DNA of 64,000 nucleotides from Ignavibacteria bacterium (lineage in GTDB: Bacteria > Bacteroidota > Ignavibacteria > SZUA-365). The stretch is from positions 199,036-263,035 of the forward strand of contig JADKJW010000002.1 in the NCBI GenBank assembly GCA_016720835.1, in the 5' to 3' direction. Below, piece after piece: positions 28,134 to 37,228 of the stretch; the stretch's first letter is position 1, and every line of letters starts with the position of its first letter. The notes below the pieces were generated by a model. It was not told where the DNA came from. It did not search any database and was given only the letters and a program-made list of their open reading frames with translations. A program made the translations under genes and the position numbers.

Positions 28134-28196
28134 CAAATTCCGGATTCCGGATTCCGGATTCTGAATTCTGAATTCTGAATTCTGAATTCTGAATTC
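28134..28196 (+). repeat. heptanucleotide tandem repeat array: 1x CAAATTC, 3x CGGATTC, 5x TGAATTC (9 units, 63 bp)
   Basis: Read directly from the sequence: ..caaattc cggattc cggattc cggattc tgaattc tgaattc tgaattc tgaattc tgaattc ttcc. It lies between the stop of gene 28202..29983 and the cupin gene, 145-207 bp upstream of the cupin ATG. Confidence 0.85.
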
Positions 28197-28201
28197 TTCC
28201 C

Positions 28202-29983
28202 CTACGGCCTTCCGAACACGACCACGTGAATACTGGCATCGTGGAGTGTTCCGGAGAGATCGTACGTCTTGATCTCGCACGCGTCGGCCTGGCTCGACGA
28301 GATGACGCATATGTACGGCGTGCCGGAACTGATCACGGTCGCCACCGGCAGCGCGTCATACGAGCTGGAAAACGTGTTCTTGTACACGACGCGGTAGCGG
28401 CCGGTGCTCACACGCGACAGCGTGCAGCCAAACGCACTGAGTTGTGTCCCGGCAGCATTGATGCTCCCCCAGGCGGCACAGGTGTTGTCCTTGTACATGC
28501 CGCCCTCGACGGGCGTCGCGCTGGCGCCGAGCGAGTTCGTCGCCTCGAAATGCCGCGCCTCGCTCGTGCCGTTCGCCCAGACGTCGCCGCCGCGATTGAC
28601 GGAGTGCACCAGGGTGGGATTTCCCAGTTTCATGATGGGGGCCGTGGCGCTGCTGTTGGTGCTGACCGCGTTGATCGTCGGTACCACGCCGTCCGATACG
28701 GCATTGATCGCCGATCCGCCCGTCGCTTCCGCGTCGATGGCGTGAGCGCCTGTCGAGGTACTTTTCGCGAGTACGCGCACGGCGGGCTGCGTGGCGGAGG
28801 TGCTCTCCGAATGCAGGTAGGCGGCCCGACCGTTGCCATCCTGCCGCACTTCGATGCCGTCGCCTGCGGCGTTGTTGTCGATGTTGATGCCGTCGCCCGT
28901 GCCGCTGTGCGTCATGGCAATGCCGCCGCCCGTGCCGCCGGTGGTGTTGATCTCGAGAATGTCGCCGGTGCTGGAGGCCGTCTTCGTGAACCGCGCGACC
29001 GGGCCGTTGCCGCTGTTGTTCGCGGTGATGGCCGCGCTGACATCGCTGCTGTTCGACGCCTGCACGGCATTGCCGTTCCCCGCGAACGCGCTGAAGGCAT
29101 CGGCGCTCGTGGACGTGCCGTTGTTCGACGCGGTAAGCGCCGCCTTGGTCGTCGCCGCGTTGTCGATGCCGAACACGCCCGCGCTACCCGTGCCGGTGTT
29201 CTCGATCTCGAAGGCGATGCCGGTCGACGCGGCGGTGCCCTTGTACGGCAACGTGAATCCGGGAGACGCCGCGGCCGCGATCGTGATCGTGTGCGCGGTG
29301 GCATCGGGCGTGATCGTGATGTTGCTGCCCGCGACGAGGCCGATATCACCCCCGTCGTTCTTGACGCCCCCGACGCTCGAGACGATGTTCGGGATGATTT
29401 TCGCGGCGCTGATCGTCGCGTCCTGAATTTTCGCGCCGGTGACCGCGCCGTCCGCGATGCGGGTCGCGCTGAACGGGCCGAGCACATCACCCTGCAGGAG
29501 CTGCGTGCCCGATGCCGAGATCTGCAGCGTGCCGCCCGTGTTCGTGACGGTGATCCCCGTGCCCGCCGTCACTTCCGTTTCCTTGAGCATCGCCGGATCG
29601 AGCACGCGCTCCGCGACGCGGGAGGCGAAGCTGTAGGCCGACGTCGTGAGTCTCACCCGCGGCGAGTATTCCGAACCTCCCGCGAGCGCGATGCCGAGAT
29701 ACAGCGGCTTGTCGAATGCCAGGGCGATCGGATTTCCCGAGCCAAGGACGACGGAAAACAATCCGCTGCGCACCTGCACGGAGGACTGGGTTTCCGTCCA
29801 CAGCGACGGACCGCCGGAGGCGTTTTCGTACAGCGAGAATGTGAACGCAAACGTGCCGTCGGAAACGGGCGTCCCTGTAATATCCGTCAGGTAACCCTGG
29901 TAACTCATGAGCGACGGAACGGGCTGCGCAACAGCGGTTGCGGCGATCGCGCAGAGGATCGCAGCGAGATACACGTGCTTCAT
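28202..29983 (-). CDS. secreted tail-fiber-like repeat protein (593 aa), no T9SS CTD
   Basis: ATG at 29983 with GAGGAGGG RBS. Signal MKHVYLAAILCAIAATAVAQ. The N-terminal module SYQGYLTDITGTPVSDGTFAFTFSLYENASGGPSLWTETQSSVQVRSGLFSVVLG resembles the conserved N-terminal repeat of Bacteroidota 'tail fiber domain-containing' proteins. It has a long G/T/A/S/N-rich low-complexity middle and a C-terminal globular domain. Confidence 0.5.
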   Translation of the reverse strand: MKHVYLAAILCAIAATAVAQPVPSLMSYQGYLTDITGTPVSDGTFAFTFSLYENASGGPSLWTETQSSVQVRSGLFSVVLGSGNPIALAFDKPLYLGIALAGGSEYSPRVRLTTSAYSFASRVAERVLDPAMLKETEVTAGTGITVTNTGGTLQISASGTQLLQGDVLGPFSATRIADGAVTGAKIQDATISAAKIIPNIVSSVGGVKNDGGDIGLVAGSNITITPDATAHTITIAAAASPGFTLPYKGTAASTGIAFEIENTGTGSAGVFGIDNAATTKAALTASNNGTSTSADAFSAFAGNGNAVQASNSSDVSAAITANNSGNGPVARFTKTASSTGDILEINTTGGTGGGIAMTHSGTGDGINIDNNAAGDGIEVRQDGNGRAAYLHSESTSATQPAVRVLAKSTSTGAHAIDAEATGGSAINAVSDGVVPTINAVSTNSSATAPIMKLGNPTLVHSVNRGGDVWANGTSEARHFEATNSLGASATPVEGGMYKDNTCAAWGSINAAGTQLSAFGCTLSRVSTGRYRVVYKNTFSSSYDALPVATVISSGTPYICVISSSQADACEIKTYDLSGTLHDASIHVVVFGRP

Positions 29984-30212
29984 GGAACCCTCCTCTTGAA
30001 AGGTCGAAGGCAGCACGCAGTCCGGCTCCCGCAGAACAGTCGCATCAACAACCCGGACTGCAGCCCGATCCATGCGAGAACCCGCACGCGTGTCTGCCCG
30101 TCACGAAATAAAATTATGCGGACAAGATACTCAGGAAATATTTTTGGTGAAAACAACGCCGGGAGCCGACGCGCGACGGCGCGCCACGGCCTCGCTGATG
30201 TGTGTGGGACGT

Positions 30213-30425
30213 TCAGTTCCCTGATGAATCTGATCCACCATCATCATCAATCGAATCCTTCGCCGCATCCCGTGCCGTGAGGTACTTCGCGCCCGCCTCG
30301 CGAAACAACAACGCACGCTCGCGAAGCGCGTCGAGCATACGGAGTTTCTCTTCGATCGGCAAGGCGGCCAACTGTTGCCTGAACGCAGTCTTGCTCGCAG
30401 TCACGGCATCCCAATCTGTTGTCAC
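30213..30425 (-). CDS. small protein (70 aa) resembling the 'putative addiction module component' family (TIGR02574-like)
   Basis: GTG start overlapping the upstream gene's stop (aaGTGAca). The motif ..FRQQLAALPIEEKLRMLDALRERAL.. fits the LPxxERxxLxxxL pattern of that family. Acidic C-terminal tail. Confidence 0.35.
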   Translation of the reverse strand: MTTDWDAVTASKTAFRQQLAALPIEEKLRMLDALRERALLFREAGAKYLTARDAAKDSIDDDGGSDSSGN

Positions 30426-30958
30426 TTCTTCTCCAACGGATGCTGCTCTTGAAACGATGTCCAGCGGTCACCCAACCCGTTTCGATCGACTATGGATTCG
30501 AAACGGCTCATCGACAATGCACCGGCTTGCAAAAATTGAAGCAACCGTGTCGTATCCTTGACACGTCCCGTTTCAAGAGCGATTGCAGCGAGGTGTTCCG
30601 GTGAAAACACCCAAACAGGAGTATCGTCGACGCGCATCACAACTGCGTCAGCGAGCGCTTCATCAGCCAACGCTCCCGTCGTCGCGAGAAACTGTACAGG
30701 CCAGCCTTCGATCATGACGTACTCGCCCGCCGGCGAGTATCCCAGATGCTGCAAGTATTCGAAAACCGCACCGAGGCTGAGCAACAGCGAACCCGGAACC
30801 TGTTCGATATGAATGAACACATCCACATCCAGAGTGCTGATAGGTTCAAGATAGAACGTCGCACCCACTGCACCGCCGATCGCGTAGGATTGAATCACGC
30901 CGTCCGCCTTCATGCGATTGATGACCTTCAGCGCTCCGACGATGTTCATACTATTCAT
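30422..30958 (-). CDS. nucleotidyltransferase-fold-like hypothetical protein (178 aa)
   Basis: ATG at 30958 with GAGGAG RBS (MNSMNIVGALKVINRMKADGVIQSYAIGGAVGATFYLEPISTLDVDVFIH...). The GG-x9-DxD-like arrangement suggests a minimal nucleotidyltransferase. It is coupled to the 70-aa ORF downstream. Family assignment weak. Confidence 0.35.
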   Translation of the reverse strand: MNSMNIVGALKVINRMKADGVIQSYAIGGAVGATFYLEPISTLDVDVFIHIEQVPGSLLLSLGAVFEYLQHLGYSPAGEYVMIEGWPVQFLATTGALADEALADAVVMRVDDTPVWVFSPEHLAAIALETGRVKDTTRLLQFLQAGALSMSRFESIVDRNGLGDRWTSFQEQHPLEKK

Positions 30959-31083
30959 GTTGCTCCTCGCACTGCATGCTAACAAATGTCCGCCTGATTG
31001 ACAACAGCGTGCCTTCCGGGTGGCGACCCTCGGAAATAGGTGAGATGCGAGATTCTCACTGCGAACATCGCATATCCGATATC

Positions 31084-31132
31084 TGGATTCTGAATTCTGA
31101 ATTCTGAATTCTGAATTCTGGATTCTGTATTC
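31084..31132 (+). repeat. second heptanucleotide tandem repeat array: TGGATTC, 4x TGAATTC, TGGATTC, TGTATTC (7 units, 49 bp)
   Basis: Read directly from the sequence. It has the same unit and orientation as the array at 28134. It is 126-174 bp upstream of the ATG of gene 30422..30958 and just downstream of the terminator of the large oxidoreductase gene. Confidence 0.85.
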
Positions 31133-31135
31133 CCG

Positions 31136-31167
31136 TCCACAAAGCACGAAGCCCTCTCTCGAGGGCT
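31136..31167 (-). terminator. probable intrinsic terminator after the oxidoreductase operon
   Basis: Hairpin AGCCCTC-tctc-GAGGGCT 30 nt past the stop at 31197. On the minus strand it is followed by TCGTGCTTTGTGG (moderately U-rich). Confidence 0.4.
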
Positions 31168-31196
31168 CCGTAATCAACAAACATCCCGATCAGAGT

Positions 31197-34100
31197 CTAC
31201 GCCTTGATCTGCTTGATCCGGTCAGTGACGCGCGCGTCGATTTCGAGGACGTTGGCGGTGGCGGCGTTGGTCGGAAGCACCTGGTCGGAGTAGACGATGA
31301 AGTTCGCCTTGCCGTCCGCCGTCTTGAACGCGCCGCGGAGCAGGCCGTTCATGCCGTGCAGCGCGATGATGCCTTCGAGTTCGCGGTGCGTGTCCTCCGC
31401 ACTGCCGTAGCCGTCGCTGCCGCCCATGCGGTGCGCGAGATCGGCGATGAGGTCCAGCGTGTGCCTGCCGCTGAGCGGTTCGCCGATGGGCGTGCTCTCC
31501 TGCCGCATGCCGCACCAGTTGGTGAGGTGCCCCTTCGTCTCGAGGTAGCCCGAGAGCGGCAGGAACACGTCGGCCGCCTGGGCGGTCTCGGTGAGGAACA
31601 TGTCGCCCACCACCACGAACTCGAGGTTCTGCACGAAGGCGTTATACTCGGACGAGACGATCGGATTCTCGCCGAAGATGAACGCCGCCCGCACCTTGTC
31701 CTCGCGCATCTTGCGCGCGAGATTGCTGCCCGAGGCCGCGGCGAGCGCGCGCACATCGGTGTTCCACAGCGCCTGGACGGCGTCCGCCACCGGACCCGCG
31801 TGCATCGGCGCTCCGCCCGGCAGCAGCTTGCTGTCGAACCCCGCGAGCGTCATGCCCGTGTGGTTGGCCTGCCCGGAGAGCAGCGCGAGCCCGCTGCCCG
31901 GCACGCCGATCCTGCCGAGAACCATGAGCAGCGTGGCGAGCGCGCGCAGGTCGCTGGATACGCGGTCGATGCGGCTGTCGATGTTGTACCACGCGACGAT
32001 CTTCTTCTTCGGATCCGAGAGCATGTCGGCGATCTTCAGGATCACCGCTTCCGACACGCCGGTCACCGAACTCACGTCGCCGATGTCGTTCTTCAGCACA
32101 TGCGCCTGGAACGCGTCGAAGTGCGCGGTGCGTCCGTCGATGAAGGCCTGATCCGCGGCGCCGCGGCGCAGCAGTTCGGCGATGACGCCGTTGAGCAGGA
32201 CGGTGGCCGTGCCGCGGCGCGGATCGGCCCAGGCGCCCGCGAAGGGCACGAGATCGATCTTCGCGGAGTTGATCACGATGGCTTCCGCGCCGTGCTTGAT
32301 GCGGCGCTTCACCTGCCAGCCGAGCACCGGATTCTCGCCCGTCGGATTGCCGCCGAGGAAGATGTAGAGGTCGGCGTCGCGCACCTCGTCCGCGTCCACC
32401 GTGGAGACGGTGGCGCCGAGCATGTCGTCGAGCGCGTGGTAGTCGGCCTCACTCGCGAGATGATGGAAGGAGGCGATGGTGTTGGTGCCGATGGCGACGC
32501 GCGCGAACTTGCCCGCGAGGTACAATTCCTCGTTGCTGAGCTTCGGCGATGCCGCGACGAGAATGTGGTCGGCGCTGTGGTCCTCGATCACCTTCTTCAT
32601 GCCCTTCTCCGCGGCCTCGAGCGCTTCGTCCCAGCTCGCCTCCACGAGACGTCCGCCCTTCTTCACCATCGGGCGCGTGGCGCGCGAGCCGTCGAGGTAG
32701 TGCTGGTATCCGAAGCGGCCCTTCACGCACAGTTCGCCGTGATTCGGTTCCGCGTCCGGCGCGGCGCCGGTCACGTAGAACAGGTCGGACGTCTTCACCT
32801 GCAGCGAGAGGGTGCAGCCGACGGAGCAGTAATTGCAGACGTTCGGGACGGCTTCCATGTCCCACGGCCCCTGGCGGCGGAACGGCATCAGCTCGACGAG
32901 CGCGCCCGTGGGGCACACGTCGATGCAGTTGCCGCAGGACACGCAGTTCGTCTCGTGCAGCGCCTTCTCCATGGCCGGCTTCACGATGGTGCGGAAGCCG
33001 CGATTGACGAAGCCGAGCGCCGCGACGTTGAGGATTTCGGCGCAGGTGTTCACGCAGCGCCCGCAGCGGATGCACTTGTTGGAATCGATCTTGATGAAGG
33101 GATGGCGAGAGTCCACCTTGTACTTGTTGAACTCGCCCACGAAGCGCTCCTGCTGCACGCCGTACTCGGTGCAGTAATCCTGCAGGCGGCAGGCCAGGCC
33201 CGCGTCGCAGCCGCATTCGGCGCAGCGCAGCGCTTCCTCGATGGCGGACGTCGTGTCGTAGGCCATTTCCACTTCGTGGAAATCGTTCTTCCGTTCGCCG
33301 GCCGGACGTTCGTGCGCGTGATGCCTGCCGCTCTTTTCGATCGGAGGCAGATCCTTCTCGGTGAGCTTCTGGAAGTTGTCGCGCTTGCTCTCGAAGCGTT
33401 TCGTGAGCGGCGTGACGACGCCCGTTTCGAGGTAGAGCATGATCGCGTCGGCGGCCATCTTGCCGGCGGCGATCGCGTCGATCGCGTCGGCCGGACCCGT
33501 CACGACGTCGCCGCCGGAGAAGACGCCCGGTCGCTCGGTGTGGAAGGTGCCCTTCGCGGCTTCGATGGTCTTCCACTTCGTGATCTTGATGCCCGCGTCG
33601 TTGTGCACGCCCGTCAAATCGGCTTCCTGGCCGATCGCCGAGATCACCCAGTCGCACGGGAAGTCGTGCTCGGAGCCCTTCAGCTCCACGGGACGGCGTC
33701 GTCCGCTGGCGTCGGGTTCGCCGAGTTCCATGGTGATGCATTCGACGGAGACCACGCGGTCGTTCTCCACATTGACGCGCGTCGGCGCCTGCAGGAATTC
33801 CATGCGCACGCCTTCTTCTTCGGCGGCGACGATCTCCACCATGTTGGCGGGCATTTCCTTGCGCGTGCGGCGGTAGAGCAGCACCACTTCGTCCGCGCCG
33901 AGGCGCAGCGAGGTGCGCGCGGCGTCGATGGCGGTGTTGCCGCCGCCGACCACGACGACGCGGCCCTTGACCGGCGGCGCGCTGCCCATGGTCACCTGCT
34001 TGAGGAATTCGACGCCGCTGAGCACGCCGGGGACATTCTCATTCTCGACCTGCATCGGCTTGCCCACCTGCGCGCCAAGCGCGACGAAGACGGACTGATA

Positions 34101-34931
34101 GCCCTGCGTGAAGAGATCGTCCATCTGGAAATCGACGCCGAGACGCTGGTTCACGTGCACGTCAACGCCGAGCTTCGTGACCCAGCCGATTTCCTTGTCG
34201 AGCACGGCCTTCGGGAGGCGGTACTCGGGAATGCCGTAGCGGAGCATGCCGCCCATTTCGGGGAGCGCCTCGTAGATCGTCGGTTCGTAGCCCTCGCGCA
34301 CGAGGTAGTACGCGCAGGTGACGCCGGCGGGACCGCCGCCGATGACCGCGACGCGCTTGCCGTTGCGCGGTTTCACGTCCGGCGTCCACATGTCGCCCGC
34401 CATGTCGAGATCCGACGCGTAGCGCTTGAGGAAGTCGATGCCCACCGGCTCGTCGATGAGGTTGCGGCGGCAGTTGAGCTCGCACTTGCGCGTGCAGACG
34501 CGGCCGCAGACGGACGGCAGCGGGTTCTTCTCCTTGATCAGCTCGATCGCCTCGGTGAACTTTCCGAAGCTGATGAGCGACATGTAGCCCTGGATGTCGA
34601 TGTCCGCCGGACAGGCGAGGCGGCAGGGGCCGAAGCAGTCCGCGTAATGATCGGACAGCAGCAGCTCGAGGCAGGTCTTGCGGGCGCGGCTGACGCGTTC
34701 GGAGCGCGTCTGGATGACCATGCCCTCGGCCACCTTCGTCGAGCAGGCGGGGAAGAGGCGGTTCTGCCCCTCCACCTCCACCACGCAGAGAAAGCAGGAG
34801 CCGAAGGGCGGGAGTTTCTCGTCGTAGCAGAGGGTCGGGATGGTATCGATGCCCTGCTCGTGACAGACCGCGAGGATGGTCTTGTCAGGGGACGCGGTGA
34901 CGGTGTTGCCGTTGATCGTGAGTGTGAGCAT
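31197..34931 (-). CDS. multidomain oxidoreductase fusion (1244 aa): 2Fe-2S ferredoxin + GltD/NfnB-like FAD/NAD(P) flavoprotein + NuoG-type [4Fe-4S] modules + formate-dehydrogenase-family molybdopterin (MopB) domain lacking the Cys/Sec Mo ligand
   Basis: N-terminal 2Fe-2S Fd (..CHEQGIDTIPTLCYDEKLPPFGSCFLCVVEV..). GltD-like Cys cluster plus Rossmann motifs (VAVIGGGPAGVTCAYYL; VVVVGGGNTAIDAART). His/Cys Fe-S segments (CAECGCDAGLACRLQDYC; CIRCGRCVNTC; CVSCGNCIDVCP). MopB 4Fe-4S (CNYCSVGCTLS..ELCVKGRFG). By eye-alignment to FdhF (..VDCCARVUHGPSV..) the corresponding stretch is ..TIASFHHLASEADY.., so no Cys or Sec is present. The antisense 1250-aa ORF 31356..35108 is junk. Confidence 0.7.
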   Translation of the reverse strand: MLTLTINGNTVTASPDKTILAVCHEQGIDTIPTLCYDEKLPPFGSCFLCVVEVEGQNRLFPACSTKVAEGMVIQTRSERVSRARKTCLELLLSDHYADCFGPCRLACPADIDIQGYMSLISFGKFTEAIELIKEKNPLPSVCGRVCTRKCELNCRRNLIDEPVGIDFLKRYASDLDMAGDMWTPDVKPRNGKRVAVIGGGPAGVTCAYYLVREGYEPTIYEALPEMGGMLRYGIPEYRLPKAVLDKEIGWVTKLGVDVHVNQRLGVDFQMDDLFTQGYQSVFVALGAQVGKPMQVENENVPGVLSGVEFLKQVTMGSAPPVKGRVVVVGGGNTAIDAARTSLRLGADEVVLLYRRTRKEMPANMVEIVAAEEEGVRMEFLQAPTRVNVENDRVVSVECITMELGEPDASGRRRPVELKGSEHDFPCDWVISAIGQEADLTGVHNDAGIKITKWKTIEAAKGTFHTERPGVFSGGDVVTGPADAIDAIAAGKMAADAIMLYLETGVVTPLTKRFESKRDNFQKLTEKDLPPIEKSGRHHAHERPAGERKNDFHEVEMAYDTTSAIEEALRCAECGCDAGLACRLQDYCTEYGVQQERFVGEFNKYKVDSRHPFIKIDSNKCIRCGRCVNTCAEILNVAALGFVNRGFRTIVKPAMEKALHETNCVSCGNCIDVCPTGALVELMPFRRQGPWDMEAVPNVCNYCSVGCTLSLQVKTSDLFYVTGAAPDAEPNHGELCVKGRFGYQHYLDGSRATRPMVKKGGRLVEASWDEALEAAEKGMKKVIEDHSADHILVAASPKLSNEELYLAGKFARVAIGTNTIASFHHLASEADYHALDDMLGATVSTVDADEVRDADLYIFLGGNPTGENPVLGWQVKRRIKHGAEAIVINSAKIDLVPFAGAWADPRRGTATVLLNGVIAELLRRGAADQAFIDGRTAHFDAFQAHVLKNDIGDVSSVTGVSEAVILKIADMLSDPKKKIVAWYNIDSRIDRVSSDLRALATLLMVLGRIGVPGSGLALLSGQANHTGMTLAGFDSKLLPGGAPMHAGPVADAVQALWNTDVRALAAASGSNLARKMREDKVRAAFIFGENPIVSSEYNAFVQNLEFVVVGDMFLTETAQAADVFLPLSGYLETKGHLTNWCGMRQESTPIGEPLSGRHTLDLIADLAHRMGGSDGYGSAEDTHRELEGIIALHGMNGLLRGAFKTADGKANFIVYSDQVLPTNAATANVLEIDARVTDRIKQIKA

Positions 34932-34939
34932 GGGGCACC

Positions 34940-36697
34940 TCAGTTCTTTTCAACCGCATCGAAGCGGCAGACGGTGAAGCATTTTCCGCATTTGATGCAT
35001 TTGTCCTGTTCGACCACGTGCAGCACCTTCTTGCCGCCGAGGATGGCCTCGGTGGGACAGGCGCGCGCGCAGACCTGGCAGCCGGTGCAGGCCTCGTTGA
35101 TGGTGTAGGTCAGCAGCGCCTGGCACTCGTGCGCCGGACATTTCTTGTCGACGATATGCGCGACATACTCGTCGCGGAAGTACTTCAGCGTCGTGATGAC
35201 GGGATTCGGAGCTGTCTGTCCGAGACCGCAGAGCGAGGCCGCGCGGATCTGGTCGCTGAGTTCCGAGAGGTTGTCGAGGTCGTCCATCGTGCCTTCGCCG
35301 CTCGTGATGCGCACGAGGATTTCGAGCATGCGCTTGGTGCCGATGCGGCAGAAGGTGCACTTGCCGCAGGATTCGGCCTGCGTGAAGGTGAGGAAGAAGC
35401 GCGCGACGTCCACCATGCACGTCGTTTCGTCCATCACGATGAGGCCGCCCGAGCCCATGATGGCGCCGGTGCGGTTGATCTGCTGATAGTCGATCGGAAG
35501 CTCGCACATTTCGGCGGGGATGCAGCCGCCCGACGGGCCGCCCATCTGCACGGCCTTGAACTTCTTGTCGTCGTTGATGCCGCCGCAGATGTCGAAGAGG
35601 ATCGAGTTGATGGTGATGCCCATGGGCACTTCCACGAGGCCGGTGCGCCGCACCTTGCCGGCCATCGCGAACACCTTGGTGCCCTTGCTGTCGGCGGTGC
35701 CGTAGGCCGCGAAGGCCGCGCCGCCGTTGGTGATGATCCACGGGATGTTCGCGAAGGTCTCGACGTTGTTGATGCTCGTCGGCTTGCCCCAGAGGCCCGA
35801 GATGGCCGGGAAGGGCGGCCGGAAGCGCGGCATCCCGCGGCGGCCCTCGATGGACGCGATGAGCGCCGTCTCCTCGCCGCACACGAAGGCGCCGGCGCCT
35901 TCCTTGATGCGCACGTCGAAGGCGAAGTCGGTCCCGAGGATCTTCTCGCCGAGCATGCCCCGCTTCTTCGCCTGCGCGATGGCCTGGCGCAGCAGCGCCA
36001 CGGCTTTCGGATATTCGGCGCGGCAGTAGATCACGCCCTCGTCGGCGCCGATCGCGTAGCCGGCGATCATCATGCCCTCGAGCACGGCGTGGGGGTCGCC
36101 CTCGAGCACCGAACGGTCCATGAACGCGCCGGGATCGCCCTCGTCGGCGTTGCAGATGATGTACTTCTTGTCGCCCGCGGCGCCGCGCGTGAATTTCCAC
36201 TTCGTGCCCGTCGGGAAGCCACCGCCGCCGCGCCCGCGGAGGCCGGAGGCGAGCACGTCCTCGATGACGGCTTCGGGCGTCATCGTGGTGACGGCCTTCT
36301 CGATGGCCGTGTAGCCGCCCGTGCCGATGTACTCGTCGATGGAACCCGGATCGATGCAGCCGCAGTTGCGGAGCACGATGCGGACCTGGTTTTCGAAGAA
36401 GCCCGGTTCGCGCCCTTCGCCGATCACGATCCAGTCGTCGATCGCCTCGTCTTTCACGAGATCCTCTTCCACGATGCGGCCGACGCGCTCGGGCGTCACT
36501 TCGCCGTAGGTGTAGGACGCGCCGCTGCCGTTGCTGATTTCCACGAGCGGCTCGCGATAGCACATGCCGATGCAGCCCGTCTCTTTCAGGATGAATGCGC
36601 CCGGACGCTCCTTGAGCTCGTCCATGAAGGCCTTGTACACTTTTTCCCCGCCGGCGGAAATGCCGCAGGTGCCGAGTCCGATGGTCACGGTTTTCAT
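34940..36697 (-). CDS. NuoF/HydB-like NAD(P)H-binding flavoprotein subunit with N-terminal thioredoxin-like 2Fe-2S domain and C-terminal 2x[4Fe-4S] ferredoxin domain (585 aa)
   Basis: FMN/NADH motifs (GRGGGGFPTGTKWKF; ICNADEGDPGAFMDR). The 4Fe-4S N3 site is ESCGKCTFCRIG. C-terminal CTGCQVCARACP / CIKCGKCFTVCRF. The alternative-frame ORF 34950..36563 is junk. Confidence 0.8.
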   Translation of the reverse strand: MKTVTIGLGTCGISAGGEKVYKAFMDELKERPGAFILKETGCIGMCYREPLVEISNGSGASYTYGEVTPERVGRIVEEDLVKDEAIDDWIVIGEGREPGFFENQVRIVLRNCGCIDPGSIDEYIGTGGYTAIEKAVTTMTPEAVIEDVLASGLRGRGGGGFPTGTKWKFTRGAAGDKKYIICNADEGDPGAFMDRSVLEGDPHAVLEGMMIAGYAIGADEGVIYCRAEYPKAVALLRQAIAQAKKRGMLGEKILGTDFAFDVRIKEGAGAFVCGEETALIASIEGRRGMPRFRPPFPAISGLWGKPTSINNVETFANIPWIITNGGAAFAAYGTADSKGTKVFAMAGKVRRTGLVEVPMGITINSILFDICGGINDDKKFKAVQMGGPSGGCIPAEMCELPIDYQQINRTGAIMGSGGLIVMDETTCMVDVARFFLTFTQAESCGKCTFCRIGTKRMLEILVRITSGEGTMDDLDNLSELSDQIRAASLCGLGQTAPNPVITTLKYFRDEYVAHIVDKKCPAHECQALLTYTINEACTGCQVCARACPTEAILGGKKVLHVVEQDKCIKCGKCFTVCRFDAVEKN

Positions 36698-36701
36698 GGC
36701 A

Positions 36702-37208
36702 TCACTCCTGCATCGCGGTGGCGGTGGCGCGGACGAGCCGCTTCTGTTCTTTCATCAGCTTGATGAGCTTCTGCGAGGTCAGGCGTCCGTGCGTCTCGCC
36801 GTTGATGGTGATGACGGGCGCCAGCGAGCAGCAGCCGATGCAGGCCACGGACAAGAGGCTGAACTGTCCGTCGTCGCTGGTTTCATCGTAGCTGATGCCG
36901 AGTTCGTCCTGGATGGTGTTGTACACCGAGCGCGCGCCGTTGACGTGGCAGGCCGTGCCGTTGCAGACCTTCAGCACGTTCTTGCCGAGCGGCTTGGTGC
37001 GGAACTGGGCGTAGAAGGTGACGACGCCGTAAATCTCCGCCGCGGGAATGCCCGTCACGTGGCTGATGTAGTCGATCGCCTTCTCGGAGACGTACCCGTA
37101 CGTGTCCTGGGCGGACTGCAGCAGCGGAATCAGGGCGCCGGCGTGACCGTCGAACTTCCAGAGTTCGACGTTGAACGGCTTGAAGTCCAGAGTGTGGGTT
37201 TCTTCCAT
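36702..37208 (-). CDS. NuoE/HydC-like thioredoxin-fold [2Fe-2S] subunit (168 aa)
   Basis: ATG at 37208 (MEETHTLDFKPFNVELWKF...). The 2Fe-2S ligands are ..VCNGTACHVNG.. and ..VACIGCCSLAPV... It ends 5 nt before the NuoF-like gene. Confidence 0.75.
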   Translation of the reverse strand: MEETHTLDFKPFNVELWKFDGHAGALIPLLQSAQDTYGYVSEKAIDYISHVTGIPAAEIYGVVTFYAQFRTKPLGKNVLKVCNGTACHVNGARSVYNTIQDELGISYDETSDDGQFSLLSVACIGCCSLAPVITINGETHGRLTSQKLIKLMKEQKRLVRATATAMQE

Positions 37209-37228
37209 GTGCGAACCTGTGGTGCGGT

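Noticed and set aside
28134-31132. Heptamer arrays as coding repeats (translated as EFRIQNSEFRIQN in the long track ORFs)
   Set aside because: The real starts of the downstream genes (27989 and 30958, both with strong RBS) lie 125-210 bp past the arrays, and the upstream extension is off-composition. The arrays are intergenic.
31197-34931. Annotating the fusion protein as a catalytic NAD-dependent formate dehydrogenase
   Set aside because: By eye-alignment to FdhF the Mo-ligand position is Ser/His rather than Cys/Sec (..ASFHHLASEADY.. where FdhF has ..CCARVUHGPSV..), and a GltD-like module is inserted. A non-catalytic NuoG-like MopB scaffold is more likely, though this rests on manual alignment.
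31356-35108. 1250-aa plus-strand ORF, the longest in the window
   Set aside because: It is antisense to the oxidoreductase fusion gene. Its composition is Arg/Ala/Gly/Asp-rich with no recognisable motifs, which is typical of spurious antisense frames in high-GC DNA. The minus-strand gene has clear Fe-S and Rossmann motifs.
32449-36563. Alternative-frame ORFs 32449..33741 (-) and 34950..36563 (-) within the NuoF-like and fusion genes
   Set aside because: They are in the same strand but a different frame from genes whose frame is fixed by multiple conserved Cys and Rossmann motifs. Their composition is Arg-rich.
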